A DNA stretch of 64,000 nt from Candidatus Nezhaarchaeales archaeon (GCA_038887515.1 JAWAKK010000002.1:288001-352000), one strand, 5' to 3'. Shown: positions 19,732-30,604, numbered from the stretch's first letter. Program-made: numbers and translations. The notes: generated by a model from the sequence alone, not told the origin.

Positions 19732-20622
19732 ATGCCAGTGGTAGTGCCAGGTCCAGCTTCTCCGCAGCTTGCACAACGCTTAGCTAGAGCCTGTGGCTTT
19801 ACATGTACAAAAGTAGACTACAGAATCTTTCCGGATGGAGAGTCGTATGTTAGAATAGTAGAAGATCTTAAAGGAGAGGTTGCTATAGTAGTCCAGTCTT
19901 GTCCTCCTCCGCAAGATAAGAGGATAATAGAACTGCTCCAACTAATTGATGCGTCTTTAAGGGCCGGAGCTTCAAGGATTATAGCTGTTGTACCGTACCT
20001 TGCCTACTCAAGGCAGGATAAAGTTTTTCTAGCCTATGAGGCTTTAAGCTCTAAGATAATTGCAAGGACCATAGAGACTGTAGGTGCAAGCTCGCTTATT
20101 ACGGTCAACGTCCATAGTGAGCATGTTTTAAATTACTTCGACAGCATGAAGGTTTTTAACGTTGATGCCTTCCCAGAAATAGCCTCTCATTTAGAGTCGC
20201 TCGATCTAAAGAATCCTTTAGTGCTATCACCAGATAAGAAACGGTATCTGGATGCCCAACGTGTAGCTAAGTTGATTAATGGAGAAGCCGCTTTTCTCGA
20301 AAAGAAGAGGGACCTGAAGACTGGCGAGATAGTAACCGAGGAAAAGGTGCTAGAAGTCGAAAATAGGGACGTGGTAATTCTCGACGACATTATAAGTACT
20401 GGAGGTACTGTAGCCAATGCAGCGAAGATAATTTCTAAAGGAAATCCTAGGAAAGTCATAGCGGCTTGCGTTCACGGCCTTTATGTAGCTAACGCCCTCG
20501 AAAAGCTTGTGGTTGCTGGCGTTCAAGATATGGTGAGTACTGATACAATAGAAAACCAAACTTCAAAGGTAACTGTCGCGAAACCAATAGGAGAAGCCGT
20601 AAAACAACTCGTGGAGGGTTGA
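19732..20622 (+). CDS. prs: Ribose-phosphate pyrophosphokinase
   Basis: FPDGESYVR, PYLAYSRQD, DDIISTGGT. Confidence 0.96.
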   Translation: MPVVVPGPASPQLAQRLARACGFTCTKVDYRIFPDGESYVRIVEDLKGEVAIVVQSCPPPQDKRIIELLQLIDASLRAGASRIIAVVPYLAYSRQDKVFLAYEALSSKIIARTIETVGASSLITVNVHSEHVLNYFDSMKVFNVDAFPEIASHLESLDLKNPLVLSPDKKRYLDAQRVAKLINGEAAFLEKKRDLKTGEIVTEEKVLEVENRDVVILDDIISTGGTVANAAKIISKGNPRKVIAACVHGLYVANALEKLVVAGVQDMVSTDTIENQTSKVTVAKPIGEAVKQLVEG

Positions 20623-21188
20623 AATTGTCCTCGAACTTAATTCGATGCTTCGTCGCGATAGACATAGACAATCCGGGCATCATAAGTAAGATAGTCGACA
20701 TCCAAGAGAGGCTTCAAGTCGGAGGCTCAAAAATAAAGCCAGTAGAGCCCGAAAACCTTCACTTAACACTATTCTTTTTGGGGGAACTACCGCTTAAGGT
20801 TATTGAAAAGGTACGGGAAGTCATGTCTACGATATCGTTCAATTCTTTCACCTTAAAGCTTCAGGGGTTGGGTGCGTTCCCTACCCAAGATAGGCCGCGA
20901 GTTATATGGATTGGAGTAACGGAGGGATTCAATGATGTTGAAAGTATATACAAGAGCTTAAGGCCAAAGCTTCAAGCCATACCCTTAAGGCTTGAGTCTG
21001 AGGAGTCCTTCGTGCCGCACATAACTATAGCTAGGGTAAAGTTTTCAGGTTATGGATTGAAAAACGTAATCGCAAGCTTGAAGGATATAGAGATTGGGGT
21101 TCAAGAGGTCAAGGCTGTAAGGCTTAAGAAAAGCACTCTGACTCCACGAGGCCCAATATACGAAACGCTATATGAAGTTAAAGGGTGA
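20619..21188 (+). CDS. thpR: RNA 2',3'-cyclic phosphodiesterase (2H family)
   Basis: RCFVAI, HLT and HIT 2H motifs, GPIYE. Confidence 0.93.
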   Translation: MKLSSNLIRCFVAIDIDNPGIISKIVDIQERLQVGGSKIKPVEPENLHLTLFFLGELPLKVIEKVREVMSTISFNSFTLKLQGLGAFPTQDRPRVIWIGVTEGFNDVESIYKSLRPKLQAIPLRLESEESFVPHITIARVKFSGYGLKNVIASLKDIEIGVQEVKAVRLKKSTLTPRGPIYETLYEVKG

Positions 21189-21199
21189 CGTAAAAAATC

Positions 21200-22636
21200 A
21201 TGTTAGACGATGAAGTTGAAAAGCTACTTCTTGACGCTCTTAAAGAACTCTTACCCAAAGAAGATGAGCGTGAAAAAGTTGGGAGAATAGTCCGCTATTT
21301 TAAATCTAGGATAGACGAAGTTTGCAGTGAGCTAAACGTAAATGTTAGAGCTGAACTTCAAGGCTCCATAGCTAAGGACACGTGGATCAGTGGGGACAGA
21401 GATATAGACATTTTCATAGTATTTCCGCGGGGAACGCCGGCAGCTGCGGTAAGGACTTTGGGTCTTGAAATAGCAAGGAGAGCGGCCAAAGATAACTACA
21501 TCGAATGCTACGCTGAACATCCATACGTTAGAGCCTTCGTAGAGGGCTACGCTGTCGATATAGTTCCATGTAGTGAATACGACCCTAAAGATGGCAAACC
21601 GCTTACAGCTGTCGATAGAACTCCTCTGCATACACGATTTGTAAACGATAGACTTAATGAAGATCTAAGAAATGAAATTCGTCTACTAAAGGGTTTTATG
21701 AAGGGGGTAGGCGTTTACGGTGCTGAGATAAAAGTGTCAGGCTTCTCTGGTTACCTATGCGAACTTTTAGTGTTGTATTACAAATCGTTTTTAGAAGTTG
21801 TTAGAAATGCGAGGTACTGGAAGCCTTTCTCGACAGTGATTGACTTAGCAAAACATTACGAGGATTCTAGAGAAGCATTAAAGATATTTAAAAGTCCGCT
21901 CGTAGTTATTGACCCAATAGATAAAGATAGAAATGTTGCCGCGGCCCTTTCACTCGATAAGCTTTCCCTCTTCACACTTGCTTGTCAAATATTTACATTG
22001 AAGCCAAGCAAGTTATTCTTTAAAAATGAAAAATCTCTCCCATTGGAAGAAGCTACCGAAAAGGATGTAAGGAACTATGTAGAGAAAAGTAAGACGACAC
22101 TCCTCGCAATAGCTACTACCATGAAGCCTTTGCCGCCCGACGTATTGTGGGGACAAATAAAGCGATCGTGTAGTGGCTTGTCAAGGTTATTAGAAAAAGA
22201 GGGCTTCAAGGTTTTAAGGTGGTCCGCCTGGTCTGACGACGAGAGAGAAGTCGTTCTCTTATTTGAACTTGAAAGTGATAAGATAACGCCAACAGTAAAG
22301 CACGTAGGTCCTCCTATATCGTCAATCAATGATGTTATAAGGTTCCTAAGGAAACACGTATCGTCCACTAAAACCGTTGCCGGGCCTTACGTTGAAAGTG
22401 ATAGACTAGTGGTACTGACGGTTAGGAGAACAGGTGAAGTTATCTCCTTTCTTAGGAACAATATCCAGAGGGCTGAATTGAGCAAGGATTTTGCTAAGGC
22501 ATTAGAAGAGCGACTTGATATAGCGGTAAATGAGGAGATAGTGGGAGTCTGTCAAGGGAAGAGTAGCGACTATAAGCTTTTCTTAAGGTCTTTCTTGAGG
22601 GGTTCACCGCATTGGCTTCAAGGCCTATACGTTTAG
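21200..22636 (+). CDS. cca: CCA-adding tRNA nucleotidyltransferase (class I)
   Basis: GSIAKDTW, DIDIF, YAEHPY, AVDRTPLH, GFSGYLCELL. Confidence 0.96.
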   Translation: MLDDEVEKLLLDALKELLPKEDEREKVGRIVRYFKSRIDEVCSELNVNVRAELQGSIAKDTWISGDRDIDIFIVFPRGTPAAAVRTLGLEIARRAAKDNYIECYAEHPYVRAFVEGYAVDIVPCSEYDPKDGKPLTAVDRTPLHTRFVNDRLNEDLRNEIRLLKGFMKGVGVYGAEIKVSGFSGYLCELLVLYYKSFLEVVRNARYWKPFSTVIDLAKHYEDSREALKIFKSPLVVIDPIDKDRNVAAALSLDKLSLFTLACQIFTLKPSKLFFKNEKSLPLEEATEKDVRNYVEKSKTTLLAIATTMKPLPPDVLWGQIKRSCSGLSRLLEKEGFKVLRWSAWSDDEREVVLLFELESDKITPTVKHVGPPISSINDVIRFLRKHVSSTKTVAGPYVESDRLVVLTVRRTGEVISFLRNNIQRAELSKDFAKALEERLDIAVNEEIVGVCQGKSSDYKLFLRSFLRGSPHWLQGLYV

Positions 22637-23388
22637 CTTTAGAGGATGGAAGCGAGGTTCCTTGGCTCACCTTCATTGTTTGCTTTCCAAAACCCAGTGG
22701 AAGAGAGCTTCAGAGAAGACTTCAACAACTCCTAGAACTTGGAGTAACGGAATTGATACTTGATGGTCCTCAGAACATAGACCATTTTAAAGTTTTGGGT
22801 AAAGGTTGTGACAGCATTATAGTAAAAGCTTTAGCGAAAAACATTGTTGTAGCATTAAAGATCAGGAGAACTGATTCTCACGTTAGGACGCTAGCTATTG
22901 AGGGCGAGAACCAGAAACTAGCAAATAGCGTTGGTGTTGGAGCTAAGGTTTATGGTTTTAGCGACGACTTCATAGTTATGGATATAGTAAATGGATTACA
23001 TATAGACTCGTTCGTAGAAAAAGCTAGTAATTATGATGCCAAGAGGGTAGTAATTGACTTGTTAAAACAATGTAGGAGACTAGACCTATTACACTTAGAC
23101 CACGGTGAGCTTTCGAGGGCACACAGGCATGTAATGGTTACTCCGGATCTTAAACCCGTGATAATAGACTTTGGAAGTTCAAGCAGGGTCAGGAAGCCAT
23201 CAAACGTGTCGTCAATATTTAACTTCTTATTCCTGTCTAAAAGAAAGTTGTCGGCATTATTGTTAGAGAAGTTAGGGGTCTCGTTGATTGAGGATGAAGC
23301 CATTAAGATGCTTCGAGAATATAAGAGAGGATTGTCGGAGGAACTCTTCACGAAATTATTGAGCATGGTCTCTCTAGGCGAAACATAG
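22612..23388 (+). CDS. Ser/Thr protein kinase-like (COG2112)
   Basis: LGKG, ALKIRR, DHGELS, IIDFGS. Confidence 0.85.
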   Translation: MASRPIRLALEDGSEVPWLTFIVCFPKPSGRELQRRLQQLLELGVTELILDGPQNIDHFKVLGKGCDSIIVKALAKNIVVALKIRRTDSHVRTLAIEGENQKLANSVGVGAKVYGFSDDFIVMDIVNGLHIDSFVEKASNYDAKRVVIDLLKQCRRLDLLHLDHGELSRAHRHVMVTPDLKPVIIDFGSSSRVRKPSNVSSIFNFLFLSKRKLSALLLEKLGVSLIEDEAIKMLREYKRGLSEELFTKLLSMVSLGET

Positions 23389-23424
23389 ATAAATAGCCTC
23401 ATCTAAACCTCTCAACGCTAAAGA

Positions 23425-23524
23425 GGGGCCGTAGTCTAGCCTGGACTAGGATGCCAGCCTGGGGAGAAGTCCCCACAACTTCACGGATCGCTGGTGATCG
23501 GGGGTTCAAATCCCCCCGGCCCCA
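23425..23524 (+). tRNA. tRNA-Pro(GGG) with 24-nt intron 23465-23488
   Basis: CCAGC CT GGG G[intron]C GCTGG; acceptor GGGGCCG/CGGCCCC. Confidence 0.92.
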
Positions 23525-25647
23525 TTAACCTTATATCCTAGCATCCTTTGTGCTTGTTCCACAATTTTTTGAGCTACTTTCGGCCCTATCTTTGGTATCT
23601 GAGCTAACTCAGTGTGCTTAGCCTTCGCGATGTCCATTATGCTTCTTAACCCATGTTTATAAAGCATCCTAGCTCTAACCCTTCCTATACCTTCAAGCCT
23701 TAAAAGTTCCAGCAACTCTTCTTTTACGCCCCACCTTATTCTCGGAACTAATCTACTAAGGTTCTTCGCATGTGTCACAAAGTTCATGACTTTGGCTATC
23801 TCACTAGTAGCGTAACAAATCCACTCCGCTACCTGCGTAATCGCATATATGTCCCCTGGACCTACGTCATACTTAAGCAATAAGTCGTTCTCGGGGACTT
23901 CGTTTATCCAATCATGTATTAGGAGAGCCGTCTTCACCTCGGACAATGTTGCAGCAAAGTTTTCCTCGTCTAGCAAAACTTCGTTGCTATCTAAGATGAA
24001 AGATCCCAACTCCTCCATTTCCTTCTTTTTAACATGGAGTTTAGGTACCTCAGGTACTTTACTTATTAAATGTAAATACTTCAGCGTCGAGGCCTCTCCT
24101 AACCCCTTTAGGTATTTCAACAACACCATTGCTGATAGTGGATCTATGTATAGCTCTGAAATTCTACGGCCAAGCTTCGTAGCTCTTATAACGCCTCCAC
24201 GAATTGTTACGAATCCTTCTCTTTCTAGAAACCTTAAAATTCCTTTTATGCTCAACATGGCTCCAATGCCGGTAAATTGATGCGCATAAAACGTCTTGGA
24301 AATAAAAGCTTGAACATCGCCAAGAGTAGCTTCATCCAAAGACGCGATGGTCGCTAGGACCTGCTTTCTCAGCGATGCTTCATTTGCCAATTGCGAAGTT
24401 ATATTTTCTGGCTTGGACTTTACATAGTGTGTGAATACATCTAAAGCTTCTACTTCGGTCTTTGCTATCGCTATAGCCTCTCCATGCTCATCGTACTGCG
24501 GCCTTCCAGCCCTACCAGCCATCTGGTGGAACTCAAGTATTGGAATCTTGTACATTCCACGATCAACTTCATACCTCTTGTAGTCTTGTATTATAACCCT
24601 TCGAGCTGGCAAATTGACACCAGCAGCTAGCGTCGGCGTTGAACATACAACCTTTATCTTAAACCTCCTAAACCCTTCTTCTATTATCCTCCTCTGCCTG
24701 GCCGAAAGGCCCGCGTGATGGAACGCTACCCCCCTCCTTATTAACGCTACAAGTTCTTCATTTACAATGGAGGCCTCTTCACCTTCTTCAATTTCGTCGC
24801 AAACGTCCCTGACATCTTTTGGATCTATGAACCCCTCTAAGTGTCTAGAAATTTTGCCAGCATACTTCACAGCATTTTGACGCGTGTTAGCAAATACAAG
24901 GCATTGTCCTCCTTCTCTAACTACCTCTAAGGTCATATCTATTATCGGGTCGCCTGTTATCCTCTCAAAAACGTGCTCCTTACCATCGTCAAAGAGTACT
25001 CTGCTACCTAAACAAACGCCGACTTTCAATGGTACAGGCCGCCAATTACTTTCAACTAATTCTGCTTCAAGCCAATCGGCTATCTCCTTTGCGTTGCTTA
25101 TCGTGGCGCTAAGTGCTACGATCTGCAACTTGCTATTAGAAGCCTTCAACCTTGCCAACACAGCTTCTAAGGTTGGTCCCCTATCTGGGTCATTTATCAA
25201 GTGTATTTCATCTGATACTACTACACCGACTTCATTAAGCCAAGGAGCCTTATGTCTTATTAGGCTATCGAGCTTCTCGTTTGTACAAATTATAACATCG
25301 TAGTTGATTAACCACCTATCATCGCTATCGTAATCGCCTGTGGTAACCGCCGCTTTCAAGAGCCCTTTCTCTTCGTACTTTTTAAATTCAAGCCACTTTT
25401 CATAGGCCAACGCCCTAAGAGGCGTCAGATAAAGAGCTTTTACTCTTCGTTCTATAACACCTTTCGTTATTGCAAGTTCGGCGATAAGGGTCTTTCCCGA
25501 AGCTGTGGGAGCGGAAACAACGAGGTTTTTACCTTTCAATAGCCCAGCTTCTACAGCTTTCTCTTGGGGCGGATAGAGCTTCCTAAACCCCCTTTCGATA
25601 AGCACGTGCTTGACTTCATCAGGAACTTCTAAGGATTCTACATCGAT
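23506..25647 (-). CDS. hel308: Hel308/Hjm Ski2-like DNA helicase (start extended to a probable ATC at 25647)
   Basis: LYPPQ, APTASGKT, DEIH, SAT, HHAGL, QMAGRAGRP, C-terminal HhH. Confidence 0.95.
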   Translation of the reverse strand: MDVESLEVPDEVKHVLIERGFRKLYPPQEKAVEAGLLKGKNLVVSAPTASGKTLIAELAITKGVIERRVKALYLTPLRALAYEKWLEFKKYEEKGLLKAAVTTGDYDSDDRWLINYDVIICTNEKLDSLIRHKAPWLNEVGVVVSDEIHLINDPDRGPTLEAVLARLKASNSKLQIVALSATISNAKEIADWLEAELVESNWRPVPLKVGVCLGSRVLFDDGKEHVFERITGDPIIDMTLEVVREGGQCLVFANTRQNAVKYAGKISRHLEGFIDPKDVRDVCDEIEEGEEASIVNEELVALIRRGVAFHHAGLSARQRRIIEEGFRRFKIKVVCSTPTLAAGVNLPARRVIIQDYKRYEVDRGMYKIPILEFHQMAGRAGRPQYDEHGEAIAIAKTEVEALDVFTHYVKSKPENITSQLANEASLRKQVLATIASLDEATLGDVQAFISKTFYAHQFTGIGAMLSIKGILRFLEREGFVTIRGGVIRATKLGRRISELYIDPLSAMVLLKYLKGLGEASTLKYLHLISKVPEVPKLHVKKKEMEELGSFILDSNEVLLDEENFAATLSEVKTALLIHDWINEVPENDLLLKYDVGPGDIYAITQVAEWICYATSEIAKVMNFVTHAKNLSRLVPRIRWGVKEELLELLRLEGIGRVRARMLYKHGLRSIMDIAKAKHTELAQIPKIGPKVAQKIVEQAQRMLGYKVNGAGGI

Positions 25648-25672
25648 CGCCTCTCACCTTAACCTTTGGGTA

Positions 25673-27736
25673 CTAAACCTTCTTATAGTAACCATCACGA
25701 GGTTGGAACAGCACGCCGTCGTTGACAAGTTGTTTCAATGCTTTTTCGACGAAAGCCTTATCCATACCCTCTTGCTGAGCTTTCTCAAATATCAGTTCCT
25801 TGCTAACAGGTCCTCCTTGAAGCTCCTTTTGAAGCTCTTCCACTATCTCTACCAACTTAACCATTTTCTGCTGGACCGTTCTAGGCTTGCCTATCATTAT
25901 TATATCTATATCAGGTCGACCTGCCGCGTCGCTCCCTACAGTCCTCAAATAGTAGTCCATAAGCTTAATGGCTGCCTCAGCATCTTCTGCTCTCACTTCG
26001 CTTCTAAGTGCCATACGTGCCCTCGCTTCTGAGGCTCTTACAAGCGTTTCTAACTGCCTAACAGTGATAGGTACGGGGCTATCTTCCGAGGCCTTTTCCC
26101 TTAAGCTAAGGAAGTAGCTCTTTATTTTCTCGAGAGCCTCATCAGTTAACCTTGGTTTCACGTTTCTTCTAGCATACGATATGTATTTTCTAAGAAATTC
26201 GGGATTGAATGGTGCTATGGGCTCGCTCTTCATAGATCTTAAGCTTAAGACGTGGTCTGCTAATGCAGAGTCTCTAATTTTATTTGGCTTGTCGAGCGTT
26301 ACGAATATGAAGTCGAAACGAGACAATATCGTTACCGGCAGATTTATGTTCTCTGATACAGGCCTATTGGACATATATCTGCCGAATCTGGGGTTCGCAG
26401 CAGCTAGGACTGACGTTCTCGCGTTGAGCATGGCCACTATTCCTGCTTTGGCTATACTAATGGTCTGTTGTTCCATTGTCTCATGCATTGCAACTCTATC
26501 TTCATCCCTCATCTTGTCTATTTCGTCTATAGCGGCAACTCCGTTATCGGCGAGCACTAGGGCACCGGCTTCAAGGAAAAAGTCTCCTGTATTCTTGTCT
26601 CTAACAACTGTTGCCGTCAGACCGGCTGCCGTTGAGCCCTTACCGGAAGTATAGATTCCTCGCGGAGCGAGCTTAGCAACGTATTGAAGTAGTTGGCTCT
26701 TGGCCGTCCCAGGATCTCCAACAATGAGTACATGCAGGTCCCCCCGTATCTTTACCCCATCAGGCATGACCTTTGGGACTCCGCCGAAAAGCATGTAAGC
26801 TATGGCCTCCTTCACTTCCTCCATTCCGTAAATCGAAGGAGCTATTGACCTTATTATCTTGTCAACAATTGCTGGGTCGCGGGCTGCCTCCCTTATCTTC
26901 TCTTCGTCTTCAGGAGTTATTTCAACGTCTTCTATTCCTTTAATTGGGACTTCGAGGTAATTGGCTTCTAAGTATGTTGTAAATGTGGTTAACCTACCTA
27001 ACTTTGGTGAATGGTCTTGCCTAACGGATAAAATACCACTTACCAAAACTCTATCGCCAGGCCTAGCCTTATCGACTAGGTCGTCGGTTACGAAAACCTC
27101 TACGGAACGTGGTAATTGACCGGAGGGCACGTCTTCAGGCTTTTCTTGAATTACAAGCGTCTGGACATCCATGTATGTGGAGTTTTCTGGACTGAACTCC
27201 AAGGTTCCTCTTTTCCCACATTTAGGACAAGTATTCGGATAATTGAAGGTTCTAGAATTTTGTGGTACTTTAATTATTTCTTGACAGTTATCGTTCCTAC
27301 ATATGAATGCACCCTCTACGATTCTTTGCTTTATGCTACTAGCTCTAACAACGACGCCGTCAACAGTTATGATCTTATTAATATGCTCGGCTCTAATCTT
27401 CCTAATAGGGACGGTGTCGCCAGCTTTTCTGAACCTGGCATAAAACTTTCCAATTTTCTCAGCGTAAACTCTATTTTCGTTCTTTACAACGTCATAAAGA
27501 GCCATTGACGCGTAATCGAGATACTCCCTTGGTTTATCGACGACTCCTCTAGCCAGGTTCTCGTTGAATAATAATAAATCCTCAAAGTCTATTACAAGGG
27601 ACTTAGAACCTGATACTATCATATGACGTATCCTTTCTCTATACTTTAAAGCCCCCTTATCATCGATGAAAGACTTCAAGAACTCCGAGAAATGCCCTGT
27701 CGGATCTTCATGTCTTACTTCAACCATTGTCTTCAC
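25673..27736 (-). CDS. mcm: MCM replicative helicase
   Basis: GDPGTAKSQ, IDEIDKM, AAANP, SRFD; no intein. Confidence 0.98.
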   Translation of the reverse strand: MKTMVEVRHEDPTGHFSEFLKSFIDDKGALKYRERIRHMIVSGSKSLVIDFEDLLLFNENLARGVVDKPREYLDYASMALYDVVKNENRVYAEKIGKFYARFRKAGDTVPIRKIRAEHINKIITVDGVVVRASSIKQRIVEGAFICRNDNCQEIIKVPQNSRTFNYPNTCPKCGKRGTLEFSPENSTYMDVQTLVIQEKPEDVPSGQLPRSVEVFVTDDLVDKARPGDRVLVSGILSVRQDHSPKLGRLTTFTTYLEANYLEVPIKGIEDVEITPEDEEKIREAARDPAIVDKIIRSIAPSIYGMEEVKEAIAYMLFGGVPKVMPDGVKIRGDLHVLIVGDPGTAKSQLLQYVAKLAPRGIYTSGKGSTAAGLTATVVRDKNTGDFFLEAGALVLADNGVAAIDEIDKMRDEDRVAMHETMEQQTISIAKAGIVAMLNARTSVLAAANPRFGRYMSNRPVSENINLPVTILSRFDFIFVTLDKPNKIRDSALADHVLSLRSMKSEPIAPFNPEFLRKYISYARRNVKPRLTDEALEKIKSYFLSLREKASEDSPVPITVRQLETLVRASEARARMALRSEVRAEDAEAAIKLMDYYLRTVGSDAAGRPDIDIIMIGKPRTVQQKMVKLVEIVEELQKELQGGPVSKELIFEKAQQEGMDKAFVEKALKQLVNDGVLFQPRDGYYKKV

Positions 27737-28265
27737 CTCTAATGCTTCGACGCCACCTTAAGATGAGATTGACCAATTCATTAAAAAATATCTTCTCTTC
27801 GGGTGCGAGTCTCTCAAAGACCTCCTTTGGAGGCTGAGTACCCATCAAAGCCATGTTTACGATCTTCTGAATTCTACAATTAATTATGTCAGTTAACTTT
27901 ACTTCGGCTATTCTCTTTTCGTTTAAAACTTCAGGGTTATTTTTTGCTCTCTCATTTAGAAGTTTGAGGTAACTTTTCGCTTTAACATAAAATGTAGGTT
28001 CGAGCTGAAGGAGTTGAGAAGTTCTATTCTCTCCCCAAGCAACCTTCGAGATAACTTTTAAATCTATACTCTTATCGTCGACTATCTCGACGTATCCTCC
28101 ATCCTTTAAGATATTAGCTATCCAACGCTCTACCTCTAACTCTTGGTCTTGTGCTAAGGGACCTAAAACTTCGTTTCCTACTTTTATCTCGGGGATCCTT
28201 TTAAGGACTTTAATCTTTACTTTTTCCATTTCGTATAAGGGCTTTCCGCAAAAAAACGTGGACAT
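27720..28265 (-). CDS. GINS23-like replication protein
   Basis: Overlaps the MCM start; EVERWIA, RIQKIV, LAPEEK pattern. Confidence 0.8.
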   Translation of the reverse strand: MSTFFCGKPLYEMEKVKIKVLKRIPEIKVGNEVLGPLAQDQELEVERWIANILKDGGYVEIVDDKSIDLKVISKVAWGENRTSQLLQLEPTFYVKAKSYLKLLNERAKNNPEVLNEKRIAEVKLTDIINCRIQKIVNMALMGTQPPKEVFERLAPEEKIFFNELVNLILRWRRSIRGEDNG

Positions 28266-28389
28266 TAGTCTCTTCTCTATTTATTATTCTCCCCCCTACT
28301 AAAGGCTAACTTTAAATGCGCGGCATCGATCTACTTCACATTGGCTAAACCCTATAAGAGTGTAGTGCAATAGATAATCTGAGGGTTAT

Positions 28390-29370
28390 ATGGCCTTCAA
28401 GGAAGAAATACCAGCTCTCTGGGTTGAAAAATATAGACCCAAGAAGCTCGATGATATCGTGAACCAGAAAGAAGTTGTTGAGAGGCTGAAGAAATTCGTC
28501 GAAGAAAAGAACATTCCTCACATGCTCTTTGTCGGCCCACCGGGAACTGGTAAGACGACGGCTGCACTTTGTTTAGTATATGAACTTTACGGTGAGAATT
28601 GGAGGCAGAACGTCCTCGAGCTCAATGCATCTGACGAAAGAGGTATTCAAACGATAAGAGAAAGAGTAAAGGATTATGCTAGAACCGTTGCTTTAGGCGA
28701 CGTACCTTTTAAAGTTATCATATTAGACGAATGCGATGCTATGACTTCAGAAGCTCAATGGAGCTTGAGACGAATAATGGAGATGTTCTGGAGGACTACA
28801 AGGTTCATATTGATAGCGAACTACGGTTCAAAAATCATAGAGCCTATACAATCTCGTTGTGCAATATTTAGATTCTCAATGTTGTCGAAAGAGGACATAG
28901 CAGAGAGACTTAAGTTCATAGCAGGTCAGGAAGGCGTTAACTTAACTCAAGAAGGGGTAGAAGCCATATGGTACGTTGCCGGAGGGGACATGAGGAGGGC
29001 TATAAATCTTCTTCAGGCGGCGGCAGCTTATGGAGGACCAGTCGATGACATTACTGTATACAAGGTGGCTGGCAAGGCGAGACCAACCGAGGTTCATGAA
29101 ATGCTTAAACTTGCCCTTAAAGGTGATATCATAGCCGCAAGGCAAAAAGTTTACGATTTGATGATAAACTATGGCTTAACTGGTTCGGACATAATAAGGC
29201 AAGTGCATACGGAAATATTTCGCCTAGACATATCTGAACCAACTAAGATGGAGATAGAAGACCTCGTTGCCGAGACGGATTATAGACTTATCGAAGGGGC
29301 CAATGAAGATATACAAATTACCGCCTTCTTGGCACAGTTAGCCAAGCTGGGTAAGAAAATGGCTGATTAA
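28390..29370 (+). CDS. rfcS: Replication factor C small subunit
   Basis: WVEKYRP, GPPGTGKT, ELNASDERG, QSRC. Confidence 0.97.
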   Translation: MAFKEEIPALWVEKYRPKKLDDIVNQKEVVERLKKFVEEKNIPHMLFVGPPGTGKTTAALCLVYELYGENWRQNVLELNASDERGIQTIRERVKDYARTVALGDVPFKVIILDECDAMTSEAQWSLRRIMEMFWRTTRFILIANYGSKIIEPIQSRCAIFRFSMLSKEDIAERLKFIAGQEGVNLTQEGVEAIWYVAGGDMRRAINLLQAAAAYGGPVDDITVYKVAGKARPTEVHEMLKLALKGDIIAARQKVYDLMINYGLTGSDIIRQVHTEIFRLDISEPTKMEIEDLVAETDYRLIEGANEDIQITAFLAQLAKLGKKMAD

Positions 29371-29371
29371 A

Positions 29372-30604
29372 ATGTCGTCGCGCTTAGTCCCGTGGACTGA
29401 AAAGCATAAGCCCCGCTCTATAGCTGAGATAAAGGAGATAGTAGGTGAAGCCGAGTATATAGATAATTTCGTCTCTTGGTTAAAGAATTGGAAGCCAGGG
29501 GAGAAGGCTGCATTACTTTATGGTCCTCCAGGCGTCGGTAAGACTCTTATAGTAGAAGTAGTAGCTAAAGAACTTGGTTATGAACTTTTTGAACTTAATG
29601 CAAGTGATGCTCGAACCGAAAGTGCATTAAGAAGACTTGTAGGTCAGTCATCTAAGACTATAAGCTTTTATAGTTCTAAGGGCAAAATAATATTCCTCGA
29701 TGAAGTTGACGGCTTGTTTGGAACCGAAGAGGCCGGAGGAGTTAAGGCGATCGTGGAGCTAATTAAGGAGTCGAGGGTCCCTATAGTCATGGCTGCTAAC
29801 GATCCTTGGGATCCTAGGCTAAGACCTCTTAGAGATGTCTCAATCATGATAGAGTTTAAGCGTCTGAAATCGTACTCCATAATAAAGCATCTGAAAAAGA
29901 TTTGTCTAAGAGAGGGTATAACTGCTGACGAGAAAGCGCTGAAGATAATTGCTGAGCTATCAGAAGGCGATATGAGAGCCGCTGTCAACGACTTACAAGC
30001 CGTTTCTCAAGGTAAAAAGAGGCTTTCGGTAAGTGATGTTTCATGGCTTAGAGCAAGAAATAGACAATACCAAGCTTTTGACGTTCTTAGGATGATGTTT
30101 TCGGCTAAGCGATGCGATGACGCTAGGAGTGTAGTGAATTCATCAATTCTGGATTACGAGACCCTTATGTTGTGGATAGATGAGAACTTGCCAAGACAAT
30201 ATACTGATCCAGAAGAACTCGCTAAGGCATATTACTACTTGGCGAGAGCTGACATATTTTTAGGCAGAATGAAGAGAGGACAGAAGTGGGAGCTGTTAAA
30301 GTACGTTATAGACTTTATGACAGCTGGTGTGGCAATGTCTAAGATACACCCATACAAGTTCGCTAAGTATAGTTTTCCTCAAAAGTTGCTTTTGTTAGCT
30401 AAAGCTAAAAACGTAAGAACTATGAGAGAAGCCTTATGTGAGAAGATAGCTTCCAAATGCCATCTGTCAAAGAGAAAGGCAAGTACTGAAATCATACCTT
30501 TCCTACACGTTATTTATGAGTCTCCGGGCCTAGCTAAACGCGACATAAGCCGATGGCTTGACATCGACGAATCTATGGAGGCCCTCTTAAAAAAGCAGAG
30601 TTAG
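29372..30604 (+). CDS. rfcL: Replication factor C large subunit
   Basis: PWTEKHKP, GPPGVGKT, LDEVDG, WIDEN. Confidence 0.95.
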   Translation: MSSRLVPWTEKHKPRSIAEIKEIVGEAEYIDNFVSWLKNWKPGEKAALLYGPPGVGKTLIVEVVAKELGYELFELNASDARTESALRRLVGQSSKTISFYSSKGKIIFLDEVDGLFGTEEAGGVKAIVELIKESRVPIVMAANDPWDPRLRPLRDVSIMIEFKRLKSYSIIKHLKKICLREGITADEKALKIIAELSEGDMRAAVNDLQAVSQGKKRLSVSDVSWLRARNRQYQAFDVLRMMFSAKRCDDARSVVNSSILDYETLMLWIDENLPRQYTDPEELAKAYYYLARADIFLGRMKRGQKWELLKYVIDFMTAGVAMSKIHPYKFAKYSFPQKLLLLAKAKNVRTMREALCEKIASKCHLSKRKASTEIIPFLHVIYESPGLAKRDISRWLDIDESMEALLKKQS

